A stretch of DNA of 58,235 nt, filler included, from Sphacelaria rigidula (GCA_964200075.2; 5 parts of 5 records of this genome joined end to end with filler, not necessarily neighbours in it); one strand, 5' to 3'. Counted from the first letter of the whole stretch, positions 37,201 through 50,472 are shown. Notes: generated by a model not told the origin, from the letters alone. Made by a program: numbers and translations.

Positions 37201-38639
37201 GAAACCCTATGTCTGGTGACTTTTATTTTGTCTTCTTGATAGTGTGGAGAGTACGGCCATGTAAGGTTCACCCACGACAAATGTACGCATGGCCGCGCTT
37301 GATTCGCGTCTGTGGTTAGGGTTAGCGTGGTGTGCCTTGTTCTCTGATGTGTCGCTCAAGTAGTGTGTCTGTGAAATTTTGGTGACAGCTGTGTGTGTAG
37401 GGCATGGGATACACCGTGACCACTAGGGGTAACTCATACGTTTCAGAAGTGGCACGACAGCCACCGGATATCTATCTCGGCTACCAAAATCTTGGAGCAC
37501 GTCGCACTTGCTACGGTAGATGTTCAAGTGGCGAGCTGTCATGCGCAAGAAATTACCAAGGAATCGGGGCTAGTTTGCATAAGTTGTTCATAATAACCCC
37601 CACGTGTTTCATATTGGAGCATTTGAGGATGAGCGTTTATCCTCAAGACGGATATTGAACGCACGGTACATCGTGTGAAACAGAGTCGGTTCCACTTTAC
37701 TCATTTTTTTCTTCATCGTTTTTTCCGCGATTTCCAACAGGCTTTCCTCGCCTGCGACCGTCTATCGCAGTGCACGATTCCTCCCAAAGATTGGGGATCA
37801 GGGTATATTTGCGCAACATACCGCAATGAGGATCATCGATGTACAATATCGGACGACCCATGGGCTGACCGGCCCTCGGGCGTCCTGCGACTATGCAGCC
37901 CCGTGTTTTCACATTTTGGCGTTTTCGTTCGATTTAAACAATTCCGATCATTCTCGTGGAGCAATACTGGGCATTTTTACTATAGTCTACTGTTCGTCGC
38001 TCGATAGCCGGGAAATCGTGTTTATGGGACCACTGATGGTCGATAACACCCATCTTATACACGGTATTCGTACTCCATATCACCACGATAAGACGGGGCG
38101 AAGGGTAGAGTTCCGAGCACCACGTACTTCATTTTAAAAAATCTATCGACGCCAGAACTTTCGAGTGCCAGGGATGAATGCCACGGTATATAATTCAGGA
38201 AAATACCCGACGGTGATATTTTCCGAACCGAGTTCCGTGCAGCTCAGGGGTCGTGAATCAATCCCGATCTCTCTCTTGACAAATGTTGAGTGATGCTACG
38301 GTTGGGGTGCACGAATATTTTTGAGCTTAGAATTGTTCGGAGTTATGAAATATGTGAGAGTACGCCAGGATTACTATTTCAATGTGCTAGGGACATCCCG
38401 AATGAAATTTGCAAGCGGGGATACCCCGACCCATATTCTTGTGCATCTAGAATGGTTCGGAGCCCCTGAACCAGACACAATTTTGCGAAAAAGGTGCACC
38501 CCTACCGTAGCATTGCTCTGTTACATACAGACTCTTGTAATTTTCTGTAGCTGTTTATTGCGCGAGATCTGGAAATAAGTAAGTGTCGCTGATAAAAAAT
38601 GGCCAAAAACACCCCTGTTGTTATACGGAATTGAGAATT

Positions 38640-39550
38640 TCAGTTCCTGTTTAGGCGACTTTTTCTCGTGGAATAGTTTTCGGCTACATGTGACAAAATG
38701 GCATCAATTATCTCCACATTGAGTGTTACCTTTCCGATCATACCAGGGCACTTCCGAATCCATACAGATCTGTGCCCAAAATCTGTACGGATTCGGGATT
38801 GTCCGGGGTTCAACATGAGCCTGGTATGCCAAAAGTCAACGTCCAGAGAATCGGAGATTTGATATGATCTTCTCACAGCTAGCCGCAAAACATTGCCCGT
38901 AGTACCTAAGTCCTTGAAATCAAACCACGGGAGAAAATCGCCTGCAGACGGTCTGAAATCATCACGTCTATACGAATACAGATCAGTTCCCATGAAAAAA
39001 TGGTTCAAGTCCTGCAACAATAAGTGGGACTCTTTCATTTTGTTTCGGGATGTGGAACGGGCGCGTAGTATCTGCCCATCCCCACACCTTGAGATCGAGC
39101 GTTCAGTGCGATGAACAACGACACGCTAGGAAAGCTGTTGAAGATCATCGAGTCCGAAAATACGCCATAAATATCCTGATTTAGACCGAAATGACTGCAC
39201 GAGCTGGGCCAGCCTGAAAACGGATCTAAGCTCTCACAGTTCTCGTGCGGAAGATCTCCACATCCAAGTTTATTGTGTGAAATAGCTATTGCTTTTAAGC
39301 ATACACAATGCCTTGAGTAAGCGGCGAACACAATCTTGATTTCTCTTCTTGGCGTAACGCTACATACGTGCGGAGATGGAATGTAACTGAAGTTTATTCT
39401 GAACCACTATCGGCGCGTATAGCGAGTGATGACTGTTGGCATTAATTTTTTCCTGCAGCACGAGCGAAGGATCGATACCCGCGCCTGCACCTAACTCCTT
39501 TACTTCCCTCGGGATATAGCGTTCATATTTTTTCACATTTGGCTCAACAT
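38640..39550 (-). pseudogene. Decayed intronless ~300-codon ORF, unknown product
   Basis: The 132-aa ORF 38640-39038 extends upstream in the same frame (NVKKYERYIPREVKELG...) through about four stops. Confidence 0.35.
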
Positions 39551-40060
39551 CTCACGTGCACGCACACAACACGTACTAAATTTCACTTTTGAGTGTCAGA
39601 AAACTGGCCGTGCTTTCAGCTCTGGCAGGGGATGTTGGAGGCAATACATAAAGGGAGGGTTGAGGGACATGGAAATTTGAGCGAAGGATAGCTCCGTGAT
39701 GAATGTGCATAGCTTTACTCTCTCAAATCAGTTTCCCTGCCTGTCAAAAATTCGTTGGGCGAATCGCAAGGGCACATGGTAAACACCGTCCAGGCGGGTC
39801 TTCATTTTTCGGGTGTTGCTTCGTGAGCTAAGAACGTCATCGGCATTACACTGTCATTGCTACACTAGGAGGTCCCCAACTCATGAAAAATAACTCACGT
39901 GGCTCATTTTCGTTCATGTTTACCACGCCCCAGCGATTCTCCAGATAGCATGTCAAAGAACAATCACAAAAACAGGGGTGGTGGATGGCCTACATAAAAC
40001 CGTTTCGAAAATCGGCATGTCCACACTGTGAAGCGCCCATCATCATCTCCACCTTAAGGT

Positions 40061-40900
40061 TCAGATTCTGACATTTGGCATGGAGAATGAAGAGAGCTTG
40101 GCAATGTATACACATATGTTACTTACTAATTGTTTCATGACTTTCGGATATTGTCGTGAAGAAGGGATCTCGTTTGCGTCGCCTAACTCATGGCGAAACG
40201 AAGTGTTCATAGCCCGAACCGTTTCAGCTATCACGCGGTGCCCATTCTGTACGTCGAATTTGAAATTCCGACCCTCGAGTGTGAAGCAAGTATGGACCTG
40301 CACTGCGCACATCCAGTCCGAGGCTGGCTTACCTCGGAAGCGGATATTGCCCCGAAAAAAAGACTGCGCCAATACACCCCGGAATGTTCAGATGGCAGCA
40401 GTTGATTTTCTTCCCACAACTTTGATGATGGAAACGCAATCGTAAAAATAATCGCAACCGGATAACGAAACCGTGTCTACGAAGCGTGTTAGCAACTGTG
40501 GCAAGTAATTTCAAGGTGCAAACACCTGCCTCGGCCTCTTTACCGGCGTGAAATGACCCTGAAGTACCAACGAAGCGGTTTTCTACGTGTGTTTCACCTC
40601 TTGGACATTGCAAGTGGCACCAGGCGGCAAAACAAGAATCAAAATAAGTCTACGGAGGAAACACCGGCCACAGCGGGCATACCAGCGTGCTCATGCTCGC
40701 GATGTCGCCGACGAAATTACAGACACGAAAACGAAGAGCGAGACGCATAATAAACATCAACGATGGAACCGCGTTCAACAGAAAGAAACAGAGTGTTAAC
40801 CACGACCCGTAACTTCCCGGTGTACTCCATTTATCGTAACGTAGCCGACTTGGGCAGTTATAGGCTGATCTGTTGCTGTAGGCGCGAGGGGTAAGACTGA
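40061..40900 (-). pseudogene. Decayed intronless ORF, unknown product
   Basis: ORF 40061-40372 continues upstream in frame through stops (NYLPQLLTRFVDTVSLSGCDYFYDCVSIIKV). Confidence 0.3.
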
Positions 40901-41032
40901 TTTTCCTGGCAGTCACCAAATCTCGACCTGTACGTATATCGGGAAACCTCAAATCGGGAAACGCATTCTACGCACTCCAATGTGGACCAGATCGGGGAAG
41001 CTCATACCGAGAATGTCACGAATTGAAAACGT

Positions 41033-41064
41033 TTTCCCCCGATTTGGCGAAAAATCGGGGGAAA
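41033..41064. other. Perfect 13-bp stem-loop
   Basis: TTTCCCCCGATTT-GGCGAA-AAATCGGGGGAAA. Confidence 0.85.
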
Positions 41065-41458
41065 GTTGAGGTTAACCCAATCTGTACGAAGTGACGTACG
41101 TGCAGTGACGTACGGCGACAGGGCAACAGATGTCCGATATTTCGCGACCACAGCAGCAGACAGCCTTGCGACAGCGCAGGCCGTGCCTCTCCGCCGGCTG
41201 CTGCAGAAACTTCGCATGGGTTTGACAAGCGGATAAGAAGTGTTGACACCGCACTCGGCGGCGATGGTAATATTCCAGCTGCACTGCGCTGCTATATGTA
41301 TCACCATAACCAACAGTACTATACTGTTCTCTCTGTTGTCGCTGTACTTGCAGGGTGATGTATGGCACTGCGCTACTGAACCTTTGTTGCACACTGTTTA
41401 CTCTTCTCGCAATACCGCGACTGTGCCATCATTTATTACCACACGGCATTACCGTGTA

Positions 41459-41900
41459 TTACGGTGGTGATGGAGGGTGCCATGGTCCGACACTGTACTC
41501 GAAGGTTAATTCACCGTCTGTCTGCTCTTCTTCGGCTTCACTAGTACGTGATACCACACTCATTGAAAAATGACCGCCCGTGTACAAAACTACCTCACAA
41601 CTCTGTGAGACTAAAAAACGTCCCCACGGATCTGACTTTAGCAAACATGATTCCCCAAATTCCTCACAAATTGGGGTCCGGACAGAATCGAGATTCGACC
41701 CCATAAAAAGTCTTCTAACCACACTAATGAAATCCTTAACCCTGGCATCACCAAAAAAAAAGATAGATTGCGTCGGCAAAGCTATATCGACAACCCACTC
41801 GTTGTCCACGCGCTATGGCGAACTATGCGTGAACTCCACCCGTATCCAAACGCACTTGCCGGCCGAGATGCCTCCCCCATCACAAGTTGCCACTACGACT
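41459..41900 (-). pseudogene. Possible decayed ORF, unknown product
   Basis: 116-aa ORF DNEWVVDIALPTQSIFFFGDARVKDFISVVRRLF..., extendable upstream through one stop. Confidence 0.3.
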
Positions 41901-42420
41901 GCTGGCCCGTGGGGACCGGCACGTGTCCTCCGGTGTAATCTAATTCATCCCCCTGGGTCCAGTCACATGGGCGACACAGTCCCAGTCGGAGATGTTAGCG
42001 GCGTCTTTCCCTCGGCAGCGGTGGTGAGACAACACCGATACCGCTCTCGTCCCCTCCCAGATCAACCAGGAAGTCGATGTTGCCCCGGTTCGGGCCCCTC
42101 CGGGGTACATTCTGGCGCTGTTCCCCATGAAAGGTACCCACCAAGTTGCCATGGTGCACCGCGGACATGGCCTGCTCCTTCGTCGGGTTCCTGCGCGAAT
42201 CCAGCCCAGCTCGGATGTGCGTAAATCAGTGCTCAAGAATGTCCTGCATGTTACGTAGAGGAGATCATTCACACCTGAATTTGGCGAACAATAGCAACAA
42301 TCAACTCCCGTGGACATGCACCGACATGGATCGGAAAGCGTGGGACATCTACGGCGCGATGTCGTGAGCACATACCTTCGGTGCTATCGCGCAGAGTCGG
42401 CGACGCTTTGGTCGCTATTT

Positions 42421-42587
42421 GGGCAATTGCCAAAACCGTTATACCGCTTGCATTTTCGCCAGAGTCCGTTGGCGGCGTGATTTCGTCAATCAGGTGGCAG
42501 CACATGTTGCATTTCTGAAGTGCATCTTCAGCTATACCGGATTTTGGCGAAAATGCGAGCGGTATACCTGTCTTTCGGCGATTGCCC
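42421..42587. repeat. Inverted repeat (~48-bp arms)
   Basis: 42440-42461 and 42545-42566 are reverse complements at 21/22. Outer GGGCAAT/ATTGCCC also pair. Confidence 0.85.
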
Positions 42588-44559
42588 TCCACGGTTGGTG
42601 CAGCACCTGTAGTACACAGTAAAGTACAGTACAGAACATGACAGTACACTACAACACTACATAGACGGACCACTTCACCCCAATACAAATGGTAAGCGAT
42701 ACAACACACATACACGATACACGACACAAAGTCTACAAGGACATGAAGCCTGCAAAAATTGTGCCCTCACAATCTAGCACACGAACGCAGCACGACACGG
42801 CTGCACTTCTCGTGCCTCCAAACTATAATAGCGAAAATGGGGTCTCGTTTCACCGTTTGGCAGGGTCGTGGATGATGATGCCGCAAGATCCTGCAGGGTT
42901 TGTTTTCAAGATTACACGCCGTTCTCCACACTGCACAGGTCGATTGACCCCAAATTTTGCACAGCGTCGGCCAACTATATATAGAACGAGATGGCGCAGG
43001 CGTTGCAGACCTTTGATCACAGGGACTCGGATGCACTCGCTTCTCGGCAGGGACATACGGGTGCCGCCTGCTGTCAGTAGAGTGCACACCTGCCGCTGGG
43101 GGCATCGACCTTGCCACTCACCGGATGAAATGAGGAGATTCCACTTGCTCAGATGTTTGCAAACGTAGCGCAGTAGCTCCTCGTCACTTCTTGCGGTCCC
43201 TCGTTGGCTGCAACTACAGTGCTGGCGGCTGTAGTGGGTCGCACCCATCGGCCAAACTGTTGTCCATGCCCCGTCTATATTGTCATGTTCTAACTACAAA
43301 AACGCTCCATCACTGTGCGATGATGGATAATGACGAAAAACGACACAAGTGCACACCCTATGGTAGATATGTCATACACTTTGGTAGATATGTCAGACCC
43401 TTTGGCTACAACAGCCGTACGCAAGCACCTATCACCTCTTGTGTTCAGACCCGTGGCCAAACGCCAAATTCGCGGGCAGCGAAATTGCCTCACTTCTTTG
43501 GTGCTGACGCACAGGCGGGGCTATGGATGGCGAAGTCATTGACCCATTGCGCGCACTGTCAAAGAAACGCGAAGAAAAGTATTTCCTCAACGTATTTTTA
43601 TCACTACCGCACACTCAGCAGGATTTTTTGTTTGAATACGACGATTGCAAAACCAGGAAGCACTTGCCCGCACGATCAAACTTATGTCCGATCTGTACGG
43701 TACGGCAGGGTACAGTACCGCTGCAGACAGTCGTCGTGAGTATACACGAGCGCGTGTTTTCGTCACATCAGCCGTTTTGTTCAGACCCGCGGCCGAACGG
43801 TTCATCCGAAGGCAGCGAAACGCCCTCGGTTTGGGGCTTCAAAGACAGAGGCAACTCGTCATTTTTTAGCTGCTCATCTACAGGTGGGCCGTGGGCGGTA
43901 AATGTATTGCTCTATTGTGCGTACCGTTCAAGAAACAGGGAAAAGAACATATACTCGAGGTATTTCTCGATTATCGAGAGGTGGGGGTGGGCTGGGTACC
44001 GGCCTGAAGTTGATGAAGTCCCTTCCTTGAATGCTTTTATTTGATACATTTATTACACAATAATCCATCAACTGCGAATCCAGCTATGGTCACAAGACGG
44101 CCGCAATGATCCGGAAAAAAAAACACGACCCAGAGGAACGACAGTTTAAACCATCGAATACAGAAAAGGGGCAGGAAGAAACAAAGGGCAAATGAAAGTC
44201 AAATTCAAGCCCAGGGGAAAATTCAAAAATAAGAAAAAGGGCAACGGAGACACAAAAATAAACACTCGCCTAGATGGCGACGGAGGCACCCCAAAGAATT
44301 CTCGATTAAATATCCAAGCCAAGTAGGACAAGGCCATACAGGAAGTGAGGTCGATAGAGCAATACATTAAACATTATCCCCAGGTGTGCGTCATGTCACC
44401 CCTCCCCCCCCCTTCCCCACCCCCCCGCGCGAGGCTATCCCATAGGGAGTGTTGAGGTGTGTATTGCGCATTTTGCCATATGCGTCAAAAGATGTCATCA
44501 CGGGTGAACTACAAAAGCATCTCTCATAGGTCCACAGTTCATTGCAGCAAGCTGTCTCT

Positions 44560-44930
44560 GACGATGGGTGGCGTGATTCTTGGTGCGTCCAAGCATCAAG
44601 TCTGATGAGCGCCGGTTGATGGAGGCGTTCTCGAACTCGTTCGGCAAGATCGTGGCGAACGTGAACGCGTCGAAAGTCATACCGGTGAGGTTGGAGTGGT
44701 GTTTCTTGTGCACGTTCAGGTTCGCCCCGGGCAAATGCCGACAACTGCTGAGCTCGGCGTACTTCTTGTGACATTGCTCGTTGTGAATTTCCCTCGTGAG
44801 GTCCATCGGGTCCGAGGAACATCCCGCTATTCCACGTATGGGCGGGGTCCGCCAACCCTCGAATCTCGCCAGAAGTTGAATGAGATACCATAGCCGGGCA
44901 TCACGCCGTCGTAGTTTGTGCCACCTCCTC
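44560..44930 (-). pseudogene. Coding fragment, possibly the C-terminus of a KDZ/CxC-type transposase
   Basis: Strongly C/G-ending codons in frame HNEQCHKKYAEL...NLTGMTFDAFTFATILPNEFEN. Across a frameshift it reads GNSQ/NEQ, recalling the NSQxxEQ...L..M...F.F...N motif. Confidence 0.35.
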
Positions 44931-46496
44931 CTAAATCCGCGGACAAAGAGATTTGCAGGGCCTCAGCAGAATGTTCGGCCACCCCACGCCCTGCTCCAGC
45001 TCGGACAAAGCGCTCTGCGATGACCAAACGCACGGCCAAAAACGGGAGTAACGATCAGCGAACGCAGGATTATCACACGGCATGATGTTGCTGGTCAAAC
45101 ACAACATGCCCCGGAGTCCGATCCCGCCCTGATTACGGCGATCAACAGCAATAAATTCGTGGAAACGTAAAGCGCGAAAAATACATCGCAAAAAGGAACA
45201 ATATTGAAAAGTAAGAGGGGCGACGAGCGAGGTGTAAAGAGGATGCACAGAAGGCGTCAAAATTACCTCCGGGCTCGCGTAGGATCGAAGTGCTTGGTTG
45301 CTGAACGTTAGAGTACATGCAAGCGGAGCACTACCCCCGTAGAATAAAAGGCGTTGTCGTTCCACCCGAGTAACGCTCATCATTCGGACCCCCTTCAGCC
45401 TGAAGACTACCCGCGATACACTCAACTTTCAACTGGCGATTTCAGTTCGAACACTAGATAAATAGCTTCAGAATTGAAAAAAAAACTGCGTAGGTAAAGA
45501 AACACCTTTACCGTCAGTAATAAACCATCTGCATAACCTAAACTGCTTGCACCAGTACCGCAGAGACTCTAGCCAACCCTCTACCGTAATAAGGATAGCC
45601 AAACTAGAGAGAATAGTATCGGTTGTTACAACTCTAACACGACATAACCCAACTACTATCAAAACGTGCGTAAATATATGGCGGGCATAAACGATAAATC
45701 AAAAAGTGCCTAGAGATAGCATAACATTAACCACCTTTCAATAACCGACCTAGGTTATTCAAATAGTACGACAACACATGCCGCAAAATCGTAGACAGTA
45801 CGTGAAACGTACCAGCTTATCATCGGAAGAGTAGATGTTTCAAGGATCGGCCAGGTATCGTATACGCGATATCCTCAGTACTATTTCTTTTGGGCAAGTC
45901 GTTGCGATTGTACTTCACCACCACTACCACCTGGGAATGTTGACCGCATAATACTTTGTCGTGGCTCTCCCAGCGTGTGCACGGTGTGTCCTACTCTGCG
46001 GCATGCCATGAATGAAAAATGAAAAAAAAAATCACGATTACTGCTGCAATTCTGGTGCTATATACGAGGACGGGTTGAAACCTACGCACGACATCTCACG
46101 CATTCACGATACAGGATTCACGAGTCGCACATTCCTATGAGGACCAGTCGGTTCGAGGCCTTTACTGCTCACCTGAGGCCATCGGTCCGAGAGCATAGCA
46201 TGCGGGCATCGTTCTCGACCACAGCGGCGCGCATCAAGTTTGTCGATATCGACATGAGATACGTTATGCCTTCGTTGCTCCCCGTTCAAAACAAGAACGC
46301 TTTCTGGTGAGTCCTGCGCCTCTTGGCGATCCGAGAACGTTGCATTGCACTAGTTGAGTTTTTCTTCCGACTCGTACCATTTTCCTGTATGCATTTCGAT
46401 ATACATAAATGCAGTTTCCACGGATGGGAAGGGAGGGGGGGGAATGTAATCACGATCTTGCCTGCTATAGACATATATATATATATATATATGACT

Positions 46497-46569
46497 ACTG
46501 ACCTCGCATCCCAACAAAAGCCGGGACGGAGCACGCCGGGTTTTCGCCGGACCAGGCTCGCAATCAATC
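46497..46569 (-). repeat. Family A fragment at contig end
   Basis: TGACCTCGCATCCC..AAAGCCGGGACGGAGCACGCCGGGTTTTCGCC matches 9137-9205. Confidence 0.85.
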
Positions 46570-46669
46570 NNNNNNNNNNNNNNNNNNNNNNNNNNNNNNN
46601 NNNNNNNNNNNNNTTAATTAATTAANNNNNNNNNNNNNNNNNNNNNNNNNNNNNNNNNNNNNNNNNNNN
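46570..46669. other. Artificial contig linker
   Basis: N44-TTAATTAATTAA-N44. Confidence 0.97.
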
Positions 46670-46732
<63 letters not shown>

Positions 46733-46743
46733 CGTACTCATTT
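46670..46743 (-). repeat. Long G run attached to the family B terminus (CGTACTCATTT)
   Basis: G run 46670-46732 directly followed by CGTACTCATTT, as at 11493 and 55641. Confidence 0.75.
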
Positions 46744-46934
46744 AGAGGGATGAATAAAAACGATACACAAGCAATCTCGCAACGAAGGGGCATATTAAAT
46801 GCCGCACAAGCTTGAAGTCGGGACCAGCACTAGATCTTAGCCTGTCGACTTTATGTTTTGTCTTTTTCGTTTCCAATTTTTTCAAGCCTTTTCCAGTTTT
46901 CGGGGCTTGCAAAGGCATGCATTAATTTTTCAAG

Positions 46935-46936
<2 letters not shown>

Positions 46937-46991
<55 letters not shown>
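46937..46991. repeat. (TG)n microsatellite
   Basis: Direct observation. Confidence 0.95.
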
Positions 46992-46994
<3 letters not shown>

Positions 46995-47384
46995 ACACAG
47001 CGTATGAGCAATCCCCTCGGTCCGAGCTCCATTACGCTCATCATATCAACTCAACTAACTGGAATGAATCACATGATGATTCGAACAAAAAAGGTGAAAT
47101 CCCTCGCCTTTTCACTTTTTCTTTTTTCAAAACAGAACGTGATTCCAAGTCAGATGGGGTTGATCAGTACAATGGAGTCTGGTTGGAAAATGCCACCAGT
47201 CATCCATGTAAGAGGAATACAGGGTTGACAAATAGGTGTGCTCTTTCCTTATTTCCCCCCTTTCTAGAGTCCCCCCCATCCCCACCCTTTAGCGGCGAGT
47301 GTTTACGTGCATTCAACTTGGATACCATTCGACCGTCTTCCGCTCACGGCCGTATTATGACTCGCAGCGGATCAGTTAATGTGC

Positions 47385-47596
47385 GACGATCAATCAGATC
47401 GGTCAAAAAAGCGAATCAATCAAGTCAAATCGATTAGTCAATCAGTTAATTATTCAATCGATCAAATTATTGAATAAAATTATGAATGAATAGATAAATA
47501 AATACATGAATAAATAAATGAATGCATAAACACATGAATAAAGAGATGAACAAATAAATAAGTAACTAGATGAATGAATTAATTAATTAATCAATC
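47385..47596. repeat. Degenerate AATC/AATA/AATG tetranucleotide repeat
   Basis: Low-complexity run of TCAA, TAAA and TGAA units. Confidence 0.8.
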
Positions 47597-48744
47597 GACA
47601 GTCATCATTATGAATGAGTGCGTGAGATAGCTGTGCTTGCAAGGGTACGCACGCACGGATGAGAATACACGACCGAGGCATCGAGAATAGAGCTCGAATG
47701 CAACTCATCAGCCGCCTTGACGCACTTGATCTTATATTCCGAGCTTTGAGAAGACAAGAAGAGTGATTATAACATCAACACATCAACTTTGCTTTTGGGC
47801 TGAAGGTTGTGGGAGTTGGTGTACAGTAACTCGCAGCAGGTAGGGAAAATATTTACTGTACTGTACACCTACTCTATGTACATATGTATCAGATCAATAT
47901 GTTTTCCTCCTGTGCGCCTCTTTCATGAATTTAAAGTGAGGTTGGACGCACCGGCCAAATGGAGCCCCCGAATTTTCGCGGAATTTTTTCCCGCCAACTT
48001 ACGCGTGCTCCTACGTCGTTTGTTGATTGTTGTACAATGGCTGTTTGTTGCTTGCTTGTTGCTTGCTTGCTTGCTTGTTGCTGTTGTTGTTCGCTGTTGT
48101 TCGCTGCTTGCTGTCTGTCGTCTGAGTGCTCGTGTCGTTTTCGTTGTACATGGTGCTTCTTCATTCACTTCGGTACTTGTTAACTCCTTTTATTTCGTTT
48201 CTGTTCCTTCTGACTACACGTGTTTTTCATTTCATTTCAGTCCATTCGATTTCAATTCATCCTATACACCTTTCATTCGATACCGTTCTTTCTCGGCTTG
48301 TATGGCCCCTTTCCCCGTCTGTCCCGTCTGTCCCGTCCGTCCGCACGTCTGCGTGTCTCTTCGCTACGCAATGCACTGTGCTCATTATTCTCGTCGTTTT
48401 CCTAATCTTTGCCCATCTCTATGCTTATCCTACGTTCCAATCTGCCACTCTGATGGTGCTCACTCGCTCCTCTTGTCCCTATCCTTTTCGTTTGCTTCTT
48501 CCAACTCACCAGTTCCGCGTAAAACACGTCGGAGATCTCGATCCCCTTTGCGCAGGCGTAGATCTTGGTATGGGCCGACACCACCCCCAATGCTACAACG
48601 AAAAATCCCTGGGCTCGTAGGTGCCGGGCAACAGTGTCCACATCGGGTAGACTTCCTATTCGGCACCTATAATTTAGGTTTTTAATGTTGGGTTGTTGCG
48701 TGTTGTTCGGATTTTGGCAGCGGTTGAAGTATTACGACAGACGC

Positions 48745-49030
48745 GGGGGGCGGGGGGTGCACTCATGATCTTGCATGCCATGTTCATGGGACCGTTGACC
48801 GGGCATCCCACAAAGCCGAGATGGAGCACGCCGGGTTTCCGGTGGACCAGACTCGCAATCGATCACCAAGCGCGAAGCGCCGTCATGCGCTCGGCGAGTC
48901 GCGTGAAGGGTGAGCAGCATCCCGCTAAGATTATTCGGCCCGAAGCGTACTGATTATCTTGCATACGGATGGCAGCCTCGAATGAATTGTTTCATTCTCT
49001 GGTATCGCTACTTCTAGAGACAGCCACAGA
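48745..49030 (-). repeat. Family A copy
   Basis: Colinear with 9094-9378, with a G-rich left flank. Confidence 0.88.
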
Positions 49031-50249
49031 TTTCTCACTGTTTCGTAACTGTCTCGTCGGGGGGAGGAGGGGGGGAGGAGGCAATTTCGGATCATGTTTT
49101 GAGTGTCGAATTGCAGTATGCTCAGCGATCGATAAACAAACTCGATCTCTGAATGATGACCAACAGTGATGAAAAAAAGCTTCTATCGTGAGACGAGACT
49201 TCAGAAAAGGGAATTAGGTCGTGCATCCTTAACATACTTGGAAGAAGATGCATGGTATGAAGCGCGATTCCTTTCAGTGATTGGCTTGGTTTGGTTGATT
49301 CGGTCGATTCGTGGATCGATTCAACGGTTGAGGTATCGATGGATCAATGGCTTGATTCATTTGTCGTGTCCACTTCTGACTCATGACCTACAAATTCAGT
49401 CGCGCTCACAGTTGATATGCGTACTACACAATATCCCAGCTCCAAGTAGGCACAGAGAATAAAAACCTAGAACCAGCGCATTATCGCGTATCAGTTTCCG
49501 GTGAATTTTGCAGTACATCGCGTCCAGGCGTCCGATAATCTTGGAATTTTCTGCGCAAATTTAGAGCAATAAAAAAATCTGATGAAGGACACAACGTAAG
49601 GTGACGTTGTTTCAAGTGTGTTGTTTTTCACACGTACGATATGATGTTTTCACGCCATAACATGACAGAACTACATAGATCAGTTCAGATGAGATCACAA
49701 CATGGATCAACACAGCACATCATGCTTGAAAATACCTCCAACAAAGTAACCCATTTACACGTAGAGAGGGGGAAAAGAAAGAACCAACCGTTGTTTTCCG
49801 TTGTTTTCGGCACGACAACCTCCTGTGAATGATGGAGATAACAGCTGCAGCAAACAACTATGTTGTTTTCCTCACCTGAAGCTAGCGCATGTTTGAAGCG
49901 ATGCCCACGCGGCCTGAAAGTGGTCCACCTCTGCCACAAACGACCTGTCTAGGGCTATCAACGCCGGCAAAGGCGGCAACCCGTTTCTGCCGGAGTCGAC
50001 GGTGCTGTCGTCCGATGACGACCTGCGCAGCATGCAACGAATATTACATACAAAGGTGGCCAGGGTAGGGTGGCGGTGTTGAGGATGGGAGTTAGGCTAC
50101 CCATCTATTCAAGCAACGTTCAATGGCGTTGGTTCACTGCTGAAGACACAGCAGCTGCAGCTGTTGTACTGCCTCACAATGAGAAAGTTAAGCTGATATT
50201 TTATGAAAGTATTTTCCTCTCATACTACTATTATTGCTGTTGTTGTCAC

Positions 50250-50301
<52 letters not shown>

Positions 50302-50472
50302 GTCATCATCATCATCATCCCCATCGTCATCATCGTCATCATCATCGTCATCATCATCATCCTTGCAATTATTATTGTTATATTGTTCTTATTTCCGCAC
50401 ACAGGCCCCATCTCTCGGAACCGTGGTCACAGACGTAGGTTTGTCCATCCAGGACCATCACTACTACTCCTT
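50250..50472 (-). repeat. (CAT)n microsatellite fused to an RTE 3'-end fragment (family C)
   Basis: (CAT)n at 50250-50361, then TTATTTCCGCAC...CCGTGGTCACAGACGTAGG matching 2643-2692. Confidence 0.85.

Noticed and set aside
43441..43870. Tandem SUMO/ubiquitin-like domains
   Set aside because: The reading requires the same frameshift in both copies and the resemblance is only a few residues.
44560..45040. Mirusvirus/HK97-type major capsid fragment (DPMDLT...H.PGA)
   Set aside because: Only vague recalled similarity. The KDZ-type motif fits better, and neither is verified.
47807..48685. 292-aa hydrophobic ORF
   Set aside because: It derives from low-complexity T-rich (TTGC/TGT) sequence resembling retroelement UTR or LTR DNA.
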